The notes under the pieces: model-generated
Told to the model about the DNA's origin: nothing
Seen by the model: only the letters and a program-made list of their open reading frames with translations
Databases searched by the model: none
In this document: one piece after another, positions 61,646-64,000 of the stretch
Position numbering within the stretch: the stretch's first letter is position 1
Layout of the letters: each line of letters begins with the position of its first letter
Translations under genes and position numbers: made by a program
DNA from: Asterias rubens
Taxonomy: Eukaryota
NCBI RefSeq assembly: GCF_902459465.1
Contig: NC_047062.1
Location: forward strand, 19,158,001-19,222,000
Direction: 5' to 3'
Length of the DNA: 64,000 bases

Positions 61646-62730
61646 AACTGCTCACAAAAAGTAAGGAAACTTTTTTCATTCCAGTATATATGTTATTATT
61701 TAATACTCTCTTTGTATATGGTATATATCAATGCAAAGCTGAACTGTTCCTCTTTAAAATGATATCACATTTGCAATGATTACATGTTGCTGAACTTGGC
61801 TACACGAATAACAATGAGGCAAAGTAACAAATCAAATGTGCCAAAATTACCGTTGTCTGTGGATGGTCAATAGGTAATGCTCAATAATCAAACCGATCAA
61901 GCTTTTCAGAACCATAAATGGCTTACAAAATGGTTTGCACCAGTGAGCTCATCGGACATAAACCCTCATCTCATGAAAAACACCTTGTTTAATAGGTATT
62001 TGCAAGACGATATTCTACAGCCGAATGCAGTCCCATACTTGAAGACTCTTGGATCCAATGCCATCTTTCAAGATGACAACGCTCGCCCCCATCGAGCCCG
62101 ACCGGTGACTGACTACCCGAAAAATGTTGGGGTGCACCGCATGGATTGGCCCGCTAACAGTCCAAACCTGAATCCCATGGAACATCTGTTGGACCAGCTT
62201 GGCATCGCTGTCCACGCCAGAACCACCAACACATCAACTGTGGCTGACCTAACCAGGTTCCTTAATGAAGAATGGAACGCCATCCCTCATCATCAGCGCA
62301 TCACAAGACTTGTGTGCAGCATGAGAAGGTGCCAGGCTGTCATCAACGCCTCGGATCATCCACTTGTTACTGAACTTTTTGTATCAATAAAGTGTATTAA
62401 TATCAGTAAGTTGTCTTGCTCTATACCAAACTTCTTGTCTCAATAAAGTGGATTAAGATCAGTAAGTTGTCTTGCTTGTTTGAATTACAGTGTCAATTTG
62501 ATTGTTCACACAGTAACACAAATTTCTAATTTTGGCACATTTGATTTGTGACTTTGTCTCATTCTCATTAACGTGGTCAAGTCCAGCAACATGTAATCAT
62601 TGCAAATGTGGTATCATTGTAAAGAGGAACAGTTCAGCTTTGCAATGATATATACCATATACAAAGAGAGTATTAAATAATAACAAGTATACTGGATTGA
62701 AAAAAGTTTCCTTACTTTTTGTGAGCAGTT
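61646..62730 (+). mobile_element. Internally deleted Tc1-family DNA transposon with ~200-bp TIRs
   Basis: TA flanks. TIRs start AACTGCTCACAAAAAGTAAGGAAAC and span about 61646-61850 and 62527-62730. Contains a transposase C-terminal fragment. Confidence 0.92.
61990..62350 (+). pseudogene. Tc1 transposase C-terminal fragment (D34E part of the DDE domain)
   Basis: FQDDNARPH...WPANSPNLNPME with 34 residues between D and E. The N-terminal DNA-binding domain and first Asp are absent. Confidence 0.9.
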
Positions 62731-64000
62731 TATATGGCAATATACTTGATTTAAGGGAGCTATTCTATTTTGTTACAACACAGACCATTATGATTGATGA
62801 GCAAACCATTACACATCAATTATTCATCCATATCCCCCCATCCTTTCTCCATTATTGAAATTAATTATTCAACAAATAATGACCCAAATAATTCATAATC
62901 CGAACCGATGTGCAAGCACTGCACAAGCCCAACCTCCTACAGGCACAAAAAAGATCAGGTGCTCCATAGAATGCCTCGTCCCCTCCCAAGGAAAAAAAAA
63001 AACGCATCATCACCAAATTATTCATTCCGTCTTAATTTCAAATTTTCATTACTGCCTCCATGGTGATCCAGTGCCATTTTTCTTGGTCATGGCAACAACT
63101 TTTGACACGGGCGTGTTTGCCGAGAAGGAATCTATCGGCAATAATCTGGGAGGCAATGAGGCAATGAGGCAATAATAACCCATTTGTCATGTGTCTTGTT
63201 GCTTGTGTGTCCTCAATATGTGGCCTCACTATCCTAGGACTCAACCTAGGACCACTAATTGATATCATTTGTCATGGAAGGGTGTTCGGTCAATGATACT
63301 TCCTTGGAGAAAATAAGGAATGGATATCATCATTTGTTGTTTATTTGTCTCTGTGTTTTTTGTATTTTTTTATTCAAATGTTCAGTAGTGAAAATAAAGT
63401 TTTTAGAAAAAGAAAAAGTAAACAGGGTCCACAAACGTAAGATGATTAGATGGAAAAACTGATCAAAACACTGAGAAAGTTAATCCCAGCAACTCGTCTT
63501 AGAGCCTAACAAATCATTTTGTTTTCTTCTTCAAGAAGGATGTAAACCTCAGACTGAAAAAAAAGACAAATGTTTAAGCATGGGGGGAAGTGACAGATTT
63601 GATACAGTACTTACATGCACAAAGCATTTGTTTCTCAGAATTGCAAGAATTATCAGGATTGGTTCATTGTTGGAACTATGTCTTCGCTCTAAGTTATATT
63701 CTATGATTCTTGCAAGGCAAGGATCATCCAATCCTTCATTGTCAGCTTAAAACTGACAACCATTAATTGTAAATTCGAACTTGGATAATTAAATGGAACC
63801 AGCAATAACTAGTGTCAAAGGTTACCTCGATTATTTCCAGGTAAAAATTAACAGTGATTCCGATGAATTGATCAACAAGGCAATTGGAATGACAAAATAC
63901 ACATCCCTTAAGTGAAGGCCTTAGCCTCCAAAGCGTTCCTTGTATACACCTTTTCATTTTTCCTGTTCCGATGAGGCACTACTGCCCTCTTGTGGCAGGA

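Noticed and set aside
63965-64000. CCGATGAG followed by a hairpin at the window end
   Set aside because: The core is non-canonical, the sequence is truncated by the window, and GCCCTCTTGTGG is a common repeat motif also seen near 24085.

Overview
AT-rich eukaryotic genomic DNA; the repeat content suggests an echinoderm, probably a sea star (inference). The main feature is a complete 11-exon, minus-strand bHLH-PAS gene of the NPAS1/3-trachealess class (CDS 49563 to 20111). I assembled it by hand: all introns are GT-AG, phases are consistent, and the exons total 2769 nt (922 aa plus stop). To its left lie the 3' exons of a second minus-strand gene I cannot identify (about 7.3-9.8 kb, possible promoter near 13.3-13.5 kb), a 61-bp VNTR, and a ~7 kb satellite of 35- and 47-bp monomers with 1756- and 4040-bp higher-order duplications. 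Introns and flanks carry many TTAA-flanked Kolobok/T2-like MITEs, Harbinger-like MITEs, two tRNA-derived SINE-like families and an internally deleted Tc1 (DD34E) element. The best leads are: (1) a short repeat family carrying minimal type I hammerhead-ribozyme motifs (26388-26441, and a degenerate copy at 44737-44783) inside the NPAS introns; (2) a candidate alternative last exon that would give a truncated, IPAS-like bHLH-PAS isoform; (3) an RCGTG (HRE/CME) cluster just downstream of exon 1; (4) a PXDLS CtBP motif in the C-terminus; and (5) the ordered monomer grammar of the satellite. None of these is a proven new system. Most short ORFs in the supplied track are repeat-derived or spurious.
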